This document shows positions 48,448 to 63,319 of a stretch of DNA of 64,000 bases, piece by piece. The notes beneath the pieces were generated by a model. The model ran no database searches, was not told the origin of the DNA, and saw only the letters and a program-made list of their open reading frames with translations. A program made the translations under genes and the position numbers. The stretch comes from Callorhinchus milii (taxonomy: Eukaryota), in assembly GCF_018977255.1 (NCBI RefSeq), contig NW_024704742.1, positions 97,342,001-97,406,000 of the forward strand, given 5' to 3'. How positions within the stretch are numbered: the first letter of the stretch is position 1; every line of letters starts with the position of its first letter.

Positions 48448-48560
48448 TTTTGCCCACAAATATACAGTCAATTCACTTTACAGTATATTTTGTGAAGCGC
48501 TTTGAGACGTCTAGAAGACATGAAAAGCGCTATATCAAATTCCAGGGTTATTCATTATTA
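48448..48560 (+). mobile_element. ~110-bp SINE 3' fragment; similar fragments at 24131-24246(+), 29125-29265(-), 33775-33910(-), 34621-34732(-), 50278-50377(+), 56333-56445(+)
   Basis: tttgcccacaaatatacagtcaattcactttacagtat..gtgaagcgctttgagacgtc...gcgctatatcaaat. Confidence 0.85.
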
Positions 48561-51500
48561 TATATTAGTGAATAAGAGTGGGGCAGTCTCACAGAGAAAT
48601 CTGACTTGAAAGGCCTTGGGCTAATAATACTAAATTTTATGTATTTACTGAAACCTTTAAAACAAGTTCTGTACAGACTTACTGTATTTTCTTCTAAAAA
48701 AAGACGAGAGTATTTTGTATAAATCAACAACCTCGACTTTGTGTTTTACTTTTCATTGAATATCAGTTGATTGTGAATATGCCAAGGTGAATGATTTACT
48801 TTGATTATAATGGAGAATTCTGGATTGATTTTGACTCTGATAATACGGTTCACTTTTTGTATCTGACGTGTTTGTCCAAGTGAAATGGTTCAGATTGAAT
48901 ATTTTCGCGCATTTTAAATTCTGTTCAGCACTTTTCCTGAAATATTTTTTAAACCAAATGCTAGGTCATTAAATGATTTGTTTAAATTTCATTTATGTGT
49001 CAGTTTATAAACCGAGCAGCTGGAATAAAATATATAATTACCTTAAAACAAAGTAGTTCAATAATTCCTCTTAACTACAATAAAGCCATCTAATCTTTTA
49101 TCCTGTCGATAATGTGCAAGGCTCTTATCTAACACTTTACTGCACTCAATATCAATCACTAGGGAAAAATTATCCTGTAATGTTTAATCTGTGTTTTGCC
49201 ATTGATTCAACACAAAATTTACACATAATCATTACCAAAAGAAAGTATAAATCAGGTTAGCATTGTGGTAATTCATACTGGAATCTTGGTTGCTGAGACT
49301 GAGTTGTAAGTAAAGGTATTTTGATTGGATTCAGCCTTCAATCAAAAATGGTTCTCTAAAAGATCTTGCACAGTCCAAGAAACTTTTAGGGAAGCTATTT
49401 AATGTTATTTAAGGTCCGTTGAATTCAATACCAATTAGCAAGAACTCTGTGAATGGACTTAGTTGCTTATGTTCAGTGCTTTACTCAGCTTGCGCGATTA
49501 AGTTTTGAATCATAAAGTAAAAATGAGGCATCCTGCTCCTAATTGCTTCCAGCAGTATAAATTGGTATGTGGCTCATAAGGATAATCTACCATCTCTTGA
49601 TTATTTTTCTTCATGTACTTAATGGCAAAACAAGTCGGACAGACTGAAGGCCTACTCCAGTTTCTATCTTCTTATACGGGCCTCTTGCCCTCTTAATACT
49701 CATCATGAAATAACATTTTCTATCTTATTCCTGTACAAATATTAATTTTCCAAGTCATCTAGTTATATTTGTTTTGTGTTCTTTTCCCATTAAACATCAC
49801 TGTCATAATTATTACTGCTGTGCTTATGTACTTGAAGATGCATTCTCGAGAGGCTTATGTGACGTGAAGTAAGTGCTGAAAAGCCATTTAATACGAGTGC
49901 CGTCTGCTCTGAAGCTCCCACTGCTGGACAGTTTGTGAAATGCTTGCTTTCCTGTCAGACATATCAGCTGCCCACTGGCTTTTGGTGGACTCTCAATGTA
50001 TTCAATTAATGCAATATGGATAGAGTTTTAATGGTTACTTCATTATCCCAGTATTTATTATAAAGAGTGACCTGATGTTGAAAATGCTCATTAACTTTAT
50101 AATTCTTTGCTTTACTAATAAGGATTAATATTCAAAACTGGAATCCCAAACTTGAAGACTCAGATGAAAATCTGAATGTTGGCTCCTTCTCCACCCCTCT
50201 CCCTCCCCCCCACACATTTGTTTTCATCAGATTCTCATTTCCTTTCTTCAGGTACTTGACGAGTTTTTCCTACTACATTTCGCCCGCAAAATATACAGTG
50301 AATTCACTTTACAGTATATTCTGTGAAGTGCTTTGAGACGGCTCGAAGATGTGATGATGCAAGAATTATTATTATTACATTTCCATGACTAAGACACTGG
50401 TCACGTTCAAATTCAAATGGTCATTGTTTGTGTGTAAACCGTGTCAGGCTATTGTCCATGGGGGTGAGGAGTATCAGAACTGAGCCCATTTGCTATCCTC
50501 ACCATTCTAATAAGATTACTGTCACTCTAAATGAGCAAAACATGGAATATTTGCCAGTAATTGCAGTTCATAGACCTGAAGGGTCAAAATGAGAATGCCA
50601 AATGTAAAAAAAAAAACCTGAAAAAATAGAAACGTCACAATTTCTGAATGTAAAAGCACAAAGGGGGTACTTCCTAACCATCAGGAGAGGGGGCCCTGAT
50701 TTCCCCTCTTCTGCCTAACTCAAGATGCTGAGGCTAATTGTTATAATTCTTCATATCAAAATAGCACTAATTTTTTATAAAAGGATTTAAAGTTACAGAT
50801 GTATGGTGTGGAAGAGGGAGAGAGAGAGAGAGGAATAAATGAATCCATTTTAACTTTTGAAGAAGTTTGAAGAGAAACTGTCTTAATTAAGGAGCTTTTG
50901 GCAGCTTTTTTTTGCTTTTTTTTGCTTAGAAATGGAAAAAGGGAGCACAAATGCTGTACATCTTGCACAAATAATGTGATGGCATGTTTCAACGTGATTT
51001 AACCAGTGTAATATGTAGTGGTAAATTTACAGTATACAATATATGATTTTTCTTTCCTTTAAAGGAGCTTGAAATTAATTTGCAATAATTCATCTTGTTT
51101 CTGTTCATTATGTTTACAGTGAACTATCTGATAGAACTCAGTCCAAAACTGGTATCTGAATTTGAGGTTGGAAAAGTCAATGTGCAATGTGATCCTTAGC
51201 TTTGTAGTTTTTACTGGAACTAAAACTTCAAATTTCACAAATATAGTATACCTTCTTTCCTGTTTTCAGTGATATATTCTGCATGACTTTTTGTCAAAAC
51301 AATAAATTAATAAATTATCTGCTAAAAATTCCAGTTTAGCCTGATATATAAAAATCAGGAATTTCTTGTCTTTTCCCTTTTCCCTTACCCCTTCCATACA
51401 CAGTTATATTTTACAGTCCTATTAAACCCTATGTTGTAAAACATAAATTCAGCAATATACAGTAAAACTCACATAAATCATCTCTTTATAAATCGTATAA

Positions 51501-54500
51501 GTCTCATTCAGTTTCCTACAAAAAATGCTTAGATTTATTTGCATTAGTCGTATTTTATACATTAGAGAAATGGCTAAATCGTAACAGTTTATTGGTCTCA
51601 AATGCATCATAAATCCTTTGCAAATCAACTCATAATATCGTAAAGGTGTTACCATACTTTAGCGGCTGAATTGAAATGCGGCAATGCCCAGTGTTCCACT
51701 TGAAACAAGCATGGGAAACAAAGTGTTGACCCATCGCCGCATGCACACTTACCAGCTGCAGTGATGAAGTACCATGCAGTGCAGTACAGTGCTGTGTCTT
51801 CTATAAAAACAAACGTGGAAAATGAGGTACTTGTTTACTGTATTTGTTATGTATTAGTTGTATAAAATCCACATAAATCCACAATTTGCATAAGCTGTAC
51901 ACACAAGTTTGCCTGTAACTCATAATTTGGCAAATCATATTAAATGATACAACTTATTTGGTTTTACTGTAATTATCAAACAGTACTATGTACCTAGATT
52001 GAAATTACCTACACATTATTATTTACTGGATGTTAAAATTACAGCTAGGCAGAATATCACCCCCGGTTTAGTTTTCTTAATCATTTGAGACTAAAATTAA
52101 ATCTTTTTAATAAATTACTATAATTCTTGATGAGCAAAACATGGAATTTTTGCTGGTTTTTGCTGTTTATAGGTTTCGGAGGCTCAAAATGAAAGTGCCA
52201 AATGTAAAAAAAGAAGAAATAGAAATGCCATGTTTTCTGAATGTAAAAGCACTGGCAACCTCCAGAACAAGTCTCAGGGGTCAGCATTTCTTTGCTCCTT
52301 CAGAACCATAACACAAAAGCAAACCAAATCCAAAGTAAAACCTACTCTGCCCGGATATTGTCTTTATCTCCAATCTCAGAAGAGCGCCCTCTAGTGCACA
52401 ATTGTGACATTTCCATGTCCCACATCACCCAGAGATTTACATAATTTCTGTGATAGGGTGACTGGTTGGTTCATAAGAGTGTGGAAAGCATGGAATGAGA
52501 AAATAAAACATTTAGTTCACAAAACCCATTCCCATTGTTCAGGATTTAAATTTGGGGAGGGGAGTGGTGGCTATAATGGAATTCTCTGTATCGGGGCCTC
52601 TTGACTGAACCTTCAATTTGAATTCCCTTCTCAAAAGTCAAGTTTTCCTACTTTAAGACCTCCAAAGCTACAATATTGCTTAACGGTGTTTGGGCGTTGG
52701 TGTTGGGTTCAGCATATAGAGACTTTACAATGTCATCTGAAGTTCTGCTCATTCATACCAACACCTTTCCTACAGGGAGAATATTTCAAAGAGCTTTTCA
52801 AAGTCAGTGGGAGTAGGAGCTGGTTAGGAGACTGAGGTAAGGGAAAATGGCTGAAGGTGCAATTAAAGCAATCAGTCTATCAACTTGAAGTAGCTGAAAG
52901 TTTTCCTATCAAATTGCGTGTAGCTTTTTTTAAAATAACTATTAGAAAACAAACTAGAAACCTGAAATTTGTGTCACCATTATCTTGGTGACTCTGGCGA
53001 TGAGAGATTATAATGTAGAAATCCAGTCAGATATTAAGAATAGGTACATTGCTTCACTTGCAGCAGTATAAATAGAGTATCAAAGGATTTTAGCGTGTGA
53101 GTCACATTCATATTAATTCATATTTTATACTCCTCGGATTGTTTCACGTTATTTTCAGCTATGGAATTATTTAGAATGGGAGGTCTATACAGTGTGATCT
53201 GAATCCTTTTTTCTGCAAATGTAACATTTGTCAATTTAATAAGATTGCAAAGTGCCAAACATGCCACCAAATTAGCCTTGTATTGCCCTGAACCAGAATG
53301 CTAACCAGAATATCAATAACTAGTTTACATTTGCTATTAAATATGTTGAGGTGTCCATTGGGTAAATTAGGTTTCACAAGCCAAAAAATGGTTGCTGCCG
53401 TGGGGCTTTATTGTGAGCTTTTTTGTACTGTTAAAAACTAATGATTGTATAATACAGAATTTAGTGTTAATAAGTGACCGATGTTTACTAATTCATTTTG
53501 CATTTAACTAAATAATGATATGCCATAATTGGTTCATTTCCTTTTACAAAGCTAATGCCGCAACTATTTGAATATTGTTTGACTGTTATAAAATGAGGTT
53601 ACATTGAAATTGCATTTTTTTAAATGACATTTTTGATTGTCTGAAATTTAAACAACGGAGTTTATATTGATCTAGTGTGTTTTCAATTGTCACATCTGAG
53701 GATAAAATATCATTGCTGTATCTGTCTCAGTTAAAGATTACAATGTGCAGAGAGATGGACAAGGAGATTAGATATGATTTGAAAGTAATAAAATCAGGTT
53801 AATATTAGACATGTAAATACACCTTATATTAATATAAGGTATTTCTATCCCCATCATACACTTGCTTAGAGTACCTGTGAGATCTGAGGGAGAATGTAAC
53901 ATATGGCTTTGCGATAGAGAAAAACCTAGCCACTCATTTTATACACTGGACTTTTGGTGATGTGCTGCATAGCCAAGGGGAGGCCATTAGAGATTAATAT
54001 TAAATAAATCACCAAGGGGTCCTCTCAGAACACAAGTCTTAAAGCCACATAGTGTGCTACTAATGTGCATAAATGGGTTGAAATGAATTTGTTTCATGGA
54101 TGTCATTTACATTATGTATATATTTATTTATGATTTTTTAATTGTGGCTGGAAATAAATGTTAGCAGATACAGTGTTCTCCTTTTCTAAGTGCATATTGA
54201 ATGTGAATCAATCAGTTCCAATTAATCTTGACTTTACCGTGGCAGTGTGAGACTAATTCTGTCAGTATTTGATATCTTAAAAGAAGGATTGCTTTTGTGA
54301 CAAAAGAAGAATTGTTTAACTCAATCGAGGCTTCGGAGGAAAAAGCTCTGTGTATTTATATAAATGGTATTAACATAGCTGAACTTTTGTAATAAATTAA
54401 TGTTATTTTGATATAAAGTATTGTGACATTTACAATATTTTAATAGTGTTTACTTTCATGTGCACTTTTCTTTTTAACATGTTCACACAAGATTTTGATT

Positions 54501-57189
54501 AAGAATTGAGAATCTATGTACATCATTCGTGCAGCTAAGTATTCAGTAATGCTTAACCCTTGCTAAAAAATTACAGTTGAAGGAAAAGGTGTTCAGCATC
54601 TTTTCCCTATGGATTTTATCGGAAGCAAAGGATGTACATGGCTATCATTCTACGTGGTAGCTGTTCTCTTATTGCAGTGTATCCTATCGAAAAGCAAAAA
54701 TAGTACAAAAGGACTATCTAATTATACTTTTAATGGTGAAGATTTTGCAAATCAGTCAGATTTAATTCAAATTTAAAAAACAAACAGCCATTTTCACTTA
54801 TCTTTCAAGTAATTAATAAGATTTCCACCATATGGAGGTCCCAGCATCATACTCTCTGCATGCTTAATTTGCCACAGACGCATCTTCAACCAAATCATAT
54901 GTAAAATATCCCAAAGGGCTATATAATTTTAAGGTGAAAATTTCCAACAGTTTCTGATTTGAGCTTTTTTTATAATATAAAGTTTAGTGGCTGTGCCATT
55001 GTCTGAGACATGAAAATGATAGTTCTGTTCTGTCTTATCTGTGTTTTGGAATGCCATTATTGCCAGTAGGTTATTTGTTTCCTCTGAATTGAACATCATC
55101 AGACAGCTAAATGACATGACATTAGTTCATAAGCTGCTGTGGGCGTTCCATTGACTGTGAGACTAATGCGTTTATCTATCTGAAAGTTATGGAAGTTTTA
55201 TTTATCTCGCATACTGCCTTAATATTTCACTGGTATGTAGTGATTTTTTTGTGGTAATTTATTTCAAGCCTGGTGTTGTACAGATGTTGTATCAGCAGGA
55301 TTTTATTTCTTTACATTTTATGGGCCCTCATTAACCCTTAAAATGCTAATCACCACATCCCCAATTGTTCAATAGTGCTTCTTGTTGAATAGTTTTCAAC
55401 CACATGAGATAACTTTTAATTTTTCATGCAGATTTGATATTGATGGATACAAAGAGGTTTGTATTGTTCAATAGTGTCTGTCAGGAGTAAACTGAGACAG
55501 TCAGAACTTGAACAAGCTATTTACATGACGTTGCTTGAGGTGTTTGCAGTTATAAAGTTAATAAGATTAAAGAGCATGGGATTTTTGGCTGCAACATTTG
55601 CCTTTTACCCCTGTCTACAAAATGATTAGGATATTTATAATTTGGGGTAATGCAGTAATTGGGCTTCTTTATGTACTTGCTATCTTGTAAATGGCAATTT
55701 GCATCTGCCAGACCCGGCAAACTGTCGTAAAGTGAATTAACAAAAAATCTATAGGATTGCTGACCAGGGCACTAAGAGAATCTTTTCAATTATTGTCACT
55801 GACTCTTTAACATCCACCTGAAGAACAAGAAAGATGGGACATCTCAGCTGAATGATAGAACCTCCAACAATGCAGTAATACCCATTATTCCACTGGAATC
55901 TCAGTCAAGACTATGAGCTCAAGATCCTGTTGATGGGATTGATCCCTCAACCGAGTACTCCATCACACAGTAGATGGTAGAAATTATTTTTATAAGGCTT
56001 CACAGGTACTGTAACAATCATAATAAGGTCAGATGCATTGATGGCTGGTGATGAAGTTTACCTTCAGTGATTGTTACTTGGTTTGTTGTTTTCCATGCCA
56101 CAGAAAAGTTATTTGATTGCTGGGTTAGCAATTTCAACTCTTTTAAGGTCTTGCAATTGTAGAGGTGACTTCTTCATTGTTGTTCAATACTATTGAGTTT
56201 GCACTCTGAAAAACAAGCTTGGATGTCAAATCCCACTCAGGCCTGCCTCAATTTGAGCAGCTTGAGTCAGCCTCAGAACCTCAGCAGTAAAGCTGCCAGT
56301 TGATCCCAGTTTCTGGCTTTAATATTCCTATGTTTTGCCCACAAAATATACAGTCAATATGCTTCACAATATATTCTGTGAAGTACGTTGAGATGTCTCG
56401 AAGATGTGATAAGGCGCTATACAAAATGCAAGGATTATTATTATTGGTACATATCCTTCCCAGCAGCAGTCTTTGTTGCCTTCAGTTATTTCATGACATT
56501 TTTATGTTTGAAACAACTCAGCAAACAATGGACACTGTGATTGACTTTCAATTATTGGAAAGAAAATTGTGTGCATAAGAATATCCAAGCTTCATCTGCC
56601 AGATAGAGATTTTTTTAAAAATGAGCAAGGTTAGGCCTGCTCACCCCCATTAGCCAAATTAGACCAAATGCGTTCCACTAAGGGAACAAGGTTTGTCCCC
56701 ACACACAGGCCCTAATCCCCTCCAAACTCTTCTAGACCCCAAATTATCAAAGGATAGTGCAGGCTTGAACCATGTCTTCACGACCACCCGAGCAAGTCAG
56801 ATGACTGGATCGCCCCTCCGGCCTGAGCCTAGTGACCAATAACTTAAGTGCGCTCGGTGTTCCAATATCTCTGCTTCCTCTTAATGAGATTTGAGAGGGT
56901 TAATTTAGCATGAGCTGTGAGGTGCAGCCAGAATATGTTAGGAAAACCTGTTTTGGAGAATTGCATCATGTTCAGCATTTATTATTTCTCACAAGGTCCA
57001 AAGAGACCCTGCTTATGAAACTACCCACTGACTCATTTTTCAGATATAAATGCAATACAGTATGAAGTTTCTTGGAAAACTTTTTTTAGTTCTTGCGAAG
57101 CAGTGATTCTAGAAAAGAAGTAGAACTGCACGACTGCCTTGAAAAGCATCAGTTTGTATAATTTTGTACAAATCTTTTAAAACAATACA

Positions 57190-57615
57190 ATGCATTTATG
57201 AATTTACATTTATATAGTATCTTTCACATTGAAAGGACGTCCCAAGGCACTGACTGGAAAGTTGCCCTTGCACCCAAGCTGGTGAAGAAGGAAGGATTAA
57301 TGAATGTGGGGTGCAGAGGAAGGCTTTGATCAGACCTTGAAGGAGGCAGGGGAAAGGGCAAGTTGAAAGGAGTCCGAGATGGAGTTCCAGAGAGTGGGGC
57401 AGATACACTGTAAACTCGATCACCGATGGTGGGGTGAGTGGGACAGGGGACGTGAAGCAGACTGGTCCCCACTTAGCAGAGGGGGTGGCTGGGTTGGTAG
57501 GGTTTGAGGAGAATGCAGAGGTAGGGTGGAACAAGACCATGGAAGGATTTAATTCTTAGGATGAGGATCGATCTGCTGGGGGTTGAGGAGCCAGTGAAGT
57601 TGGATAAGGTTTGGA
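57190..57615 (-). mobile_element. Degraded L2 3' fragment
   Basis: Minus-strand SLLHVPCPTHPTIG, ILRIKSFHGLVPPYL; tail reverse complement ctttcacattgaaaggacgtcccaagg. Confidence 0.75.
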
Positions 57616-60600
57616 TGATACCCTCACTCCAAGCAACCTCAAATCTCACAATGTATGGCAAAATATCAATAAATAGAATTTTGTGGGGATGGATCTCCAG
57701 TTTATAAATTTTAGTCCAGTGAGGAGAGCACAAATAAAAATGGAGGCATTTATTATACCCATCCCGTGACAAATTTGTGAATCCACCTCATGCATTTGTA
57801 GGTTCACCTACTCTTAAGAACAAATTAAGAACCAGCAGAATTCTGACTTTTGGACAGGGCTTGAATCCAGATGCCAATGGATGCCCAAACATTTCTTCTC
57901 TGAGAGGATGAAACCTATGAGATTGACCCCGCCGATTGAACTTCTTTTCAGACAGTACTCTAATTTGTTGCACCAGCCAGTATTCTGACTCTCAGGCGTG
58001 AATACTAGACCAACAGTTTTGCACTTTAGCCCGAGCCTGTTTGCAGCCATCTTTGGAGCTGACTTAAAAATAGGGCATTGCCAGCCTAAGAAGTAAATGT
58101 GATAAAATGACCTTATCCCTGTGCCAGATTTGATAGTTTAATATTAGCTTCCACACTGTGTTACTGACTGGGCAGCTTGTGCATGTGGCTTAAAAATATG
58201 CATGGCCCTGGCAGGATACAGATCAAAAAGGTGTTCAGAGACTGTTGTATTAAAATGCCACTGAGATGCTTTGGCACACCAATGTTTGTACATTGTTTTA
58301 GCCTGAGGCCTTGCTCGCAAACTTGATTACCCTGTTAACTTTATCCTCACATAACTGATACCCAATTCACATTTGCTAGCTTGGCATGCCACCAAAGTGG
58401 AAACAAAATCATCTGTCTGGTTTGCCACTGAGAAATGAATATTCTGGACTTTTTGGCATGCAGCACCAGCTGAGATTTAATCTTCTTATTCTGTTTGGAA
58501 GAAAGCAAACCCAGTGATATTCTTTAACCAAAATGAATCAAACAGTGAGTATCTAGTGGCAGGGGTCAGATTTATCATTCTTTATGGATAAAACTGCATG
58601 TGGTGGCCTTGCCTTTCCAGACCATTGTGGAGTTGTACTTTTATTTTAACCAATTGCATTGTCATATCATGCAAATATAAAATGATATTAGATTGCTGTT
58701 ATAAATAAAAGATGAATCAATAGGATATGTGCATCTTTCAGAAGCTGTTTGATGTTTTGATACAAAGTTCTTTTCAAAAAGAAATACATTTGCTCAATAG
58801 GATATTAAAATCATACCATACATATTTAAACAGTTGCTAAAATGTAACCTGTTTCCATAATTAAGTGCATAGAGCACTTGAATGCGCGATTTGCAAGTAC
58901 TGTTGTTTTCTCGAAGACCATTTGGAGTTAGAAGATGCTTCTCAAGGGTTAGCTGGCCAGTTTATGTCAAATTATTATCTTGGTTTGAACAGTTTTATTG
59001 CTTATTTAATAAGCATTTGCCAGCATTGTGTCATTTTTTTAAAATATTTCTGCTCATTGGAAGTGAGCCAGTTAATCAGTTGAGGATGAAACCAGTCATC
59101 TGGAAAAAAAGGATGTTTTACAGTAATAAATATTATACATATCCACTACATATTTTAGACACCAGTATTTCCCTCCCAGAGATACGTTTAAGAAGTCTAG
59201 ATTGCTGGGAGGGCAAATAGATCTCCCTGCACTGACACACTGGGGGCATAAATGTGAACCTGGCTGTGTATCAGTTTTGCTCACTAAGAGGAACTAGCAG
59301 GGACCTAAATCCATGGCTTGCTCAAGAGCCACTCTAATGAATACTATACCACTCAGTGATTGATATGAATCTTCATTGTTTGATTCCCACATTCCGTCTG
59401 ACGGATGAGACATTAAACTACCGTCCCACCTATCTGTTCATGTGGATGTTAAACAAAAAGAATAAGGAAGTTTCTGCAAGTTGATAACCTAGAGGTAGGA
59501 CTAGCATGACTGTTATGGACTTCTTGGATCTTTTGAGATACTTAATAGAATTTGGGATAACTCTTTTTCTTAATTCTTATCTTTTGCCTTCTTGAGGGAA
59601 TGGAAACTTAACACATTCATGAGGGAAAAGAAAATAGAGGGGGTATATGAGAAGGAAAATAGGAGGGGCAGAGACTCATGTGGGGTATAAACATTGGTAC
59701 CGACTACTTTTGTTGAATGGTCTGCCTCCATGCCATATCATTTTATGTAATTCTAATACCCTAATTCGCAGTTTCATCACTATCTACCAACTGGACTGAC
59801 AATCAATTTGATGAAAAATTAGAAGGATGAAAATATAAATTTGCATCAGTTTAGATTGTGGTATGGTCTTCTCTTAAAACAAATGACATTATTTATGATA
59901 ACATTTTCTATCATGCAAAAGATTCAGTAACCTAATTTGAGGTTGTGGTGCTGTGCTATCAATGTCTTCAGAAGTAGTGACTTTTATCTGCTTTGCTATT
60001 TTAATTACTTGGTTATTTTAATGATAGTTTGTGAATAATTTAGTCTTTTACCTTTGTATCTATTTTCCCCAATGAGAGATTGGTGGAATCTTCATGTGTG
60101 AAGAGGTAGTGGGACTCGTTTTCAGATCAGTCCCTGACCTCTAATGTTTTTATCTCTGACAGTCCAGCAAAGCCATTTTCTACTTGTGGTCTGATTTTGG
60201 ATTTGGAGAATTTGAATTTTGAATCTGAAATCAGGTCCTATCTCCAACTTTGTGCCTTCCCACAGTGTGATCTATTCAGAACTTTCATTTAGATTTTACA
60301 TTTGAGTGCTCATAGTTTGTTACCATACTCAGATCTCCTGAAGTTATAAGAGCTAATGTTCCTCATCATTCATGTTGCTTTGATTTCAGACAGTTACATC
60401 ATATATGTCACATCATGCTTTACAGAGCAAAATTAGACAATGAAAATATGTAACTTGGGAAGCAAATTTTCTTTTATTTAGCAGGTTAATTTTTTAGTTT
60501 TTTAAAGTGTCACCATATAAGGTTTCCTAACAGTATTTCCATTATGGAAAATTAGTAGGTCATCTCAGAGAATGTAAAGCTCCTACTTAGTAGAATAACA

Positions 60601-63319
60601 GGGCATTAGAGATGAAATGTTTCCTGAATTTCATAATATATATTTGGTGGATGGCATAATAGTGGAAGGCTTCAAATTTAAATTAAAGTAAAAGAAATTA
60701 CAAAAAATGTAGAAGATGAATGCTGAAAATAATCCACAGAACCTTGATTCCCATAAAAACGTAAATTATGCAGTGTTTGCTTTGTACTTTTGTTTTCATT
60801 AAAGTTTTGTCACTTTCTTCCTTCATTTATTGACCTCTTTGACTTAGGATAACATATTTCCTATTTCCACACTGTTTGTCAGAACTGGACAGAAGTGCCT
60901 TGTAATCTATTAGGTTACATCGTCCAGTGTGGTAAGAAACTCCTTGGTAACCTAAATGATAGTTGAAACCCATCTTGCTATTTTGAATCAGGATGTGAGT
61001 TAAGATTGGAGTTGGTTTTGTGTACGTATTTCTTGGAAATTTAATCCTCTGCAAATGTTGCTATTAGGCTGCACATGATGTTACCGCTTAATAGCAGACA
61101 GATTGTTAGACAGTATTGGTGAATTATTACCTGTCTGATAAATTGTACATGGTAGAAAATGACTATGTGCTGAGCAAACAGAGGAACACTGCCTTTAACA
61201 TTAAACCTTGAAGCAAAAGTTGCAGGATTTTCATCCCTGATCATATGAAGTATCCTTTTTTTCACTAGGGTAGGGATTAAGTGGTACATCATCTACATTT
61301 TAGTAAGAGGGTGCAGAATATAAAATCACGCAGGGAATGAATATTAACATAATATATAGGACAGAATCTTGTTCCATCTTTAAGCATCAGCAGACACGAG
61401 GATGCACTGTGCTTCGTCTTGCCCCAAAGCCCTCAAAATGCTTTTTTAATTCAGCGGTGCACAATGTTGTTTTGCACTGGTCAATAAATATTAATGGCTT
61501 GATTCAAATGAGTTCCCAGTAAGCTTGCAGGATGGTATGACACGATTATATTTCGGGCACTAGAAACAAAGTAGCTTGATGTGGAATGGAAAGAATATTT
61601 CCCTTCAGGGTTTGTGGAGCTGCAATAAAATGAAAGGTATTTACAAAGGACTATGGCTGTTGGAAACATTGGGGTCTTGAGTCTATTAAGAAAAACTATT
61701 TTGTTATAAACAGAATTAAACAATTATTTGTAGCTTTGGAGAAACGTTACTATTCAGTGGGTTGAACACAACAATGGCTGAAAACAGAAAGGTACAAATT
61801 AACAGTGAAATAATGATGCAGTTTTAAGACCCTACCAAGAATTGAGTAAAGCAAGCCTCCCTTACTTCTATAAACAGGGCAATTCTAAATACTGTATGAT
61901 GCATTCTTTTTTTGGTGTAAAATAATGATATGAAAGCAATTGTCACAGCCAAGTTCAGTCCATAATGTGTGTCACTAACTGTACATCTATGGTTATGAAA
62001 ACACAAAAAACCTTTCATGTTGGGAGGACATTTCAAAGTGCTGCACAGGATATACTGTAAAGTGTAATGAACGTGTATGCTGTAGGCAAATACAGCCCCC
62101 AATTTGTACATAGCAATATCCAATAAAGAGCCATAAATCTTACTGGGAAATGTGTTCTGGTCACCGAGAGAAACTTCTTTCTCATTTCCAATAATGCAGG
62201 AGATCTTCAATATTCACCTGAACAGACAGAAAGGACATTATTGTTTCATCTGAAGGATGGTATCTCCAACAATGCAGCACACACCCAGAACTTCAAATCA
62301 TAAAACCTAGGGTTGTCAGCATAGCCTTCATAATTTCAAAGTCCCAATATATGGCTTGAACCTAGAACCTTTTGATTTAGAGGCAAGAGTACCAACAGTC
62401 ACAGGACACAATAATAATTTTCACACAATTGAGTCACACTTTTCATCTTTACAACTGTGCTATGCGTGCACATTGCACAATGAGAAGAAAAGTCTTGTCA
62501 TGTTGCGAGATCTATTTTTGAATTATTTGATTTCCCCACAACTGGAAATATCCATCCATGGTTTATTTGATCTGTTGACAATGAGCCGAATAAAGTTAAC
62601 TTGCTTGTTCACCAACTATGTCTGCTGTTGACTGCTTTTCCATGTCACTCCCATGCCTTCTACAATGTACTCAGATATGCCAAGGCTTTAGGTAAACAGA
62701 GCACAGGTTCTGAGCAATTTCAAGACAGATACTAGCAACAGCAAGTAATCAACAGCTGCAGCAGGTTAACTTGGTTAGACCAAGATGCTGGACCCTCTCA
62801 AGAAATAGATTGTGATATAACATGAAGAAGGTAGGGTGGATATTCTAGAAAGACCAGATCAAATGGGTCAAAGAATCTGGATTTTGTTTTCTCCATTGAC
62901 ACACCAACTATAGATAACAGGAAATGCGAACTCCTCACTGGTCCTTGCTCTCTATTATCTGTTGTGGTGTGACAAGGGGCTACATGACAAAGCTACTGAT
63001 TTTCTACACTTTACAAGGAACCCTCTGCAATTTGCTCTGGAGTAACAAAGGTAAATCTCTTCATTTTGTAGGATTCAAAATTGTATCCAAAGAAAGGTAG
63101 AGTTGAAGATGACCCAGTTGACCTTGTTTTTCTAGAATATGCATCCTACCTTCTTCATCTTTCGTCATCAAGCTGATTTCTAAATGAATTCAGCAATGTG
63201 GTATCTAACCAAATTATAGCCATTGATTCTTCTCTGGGTGAATAAATACTTCCTGGTACTTGTCTTTTGCTGTAAACTTTTATTTTCTTGTCCTACAACA
63301 TTGGCATATCTAAATATAT

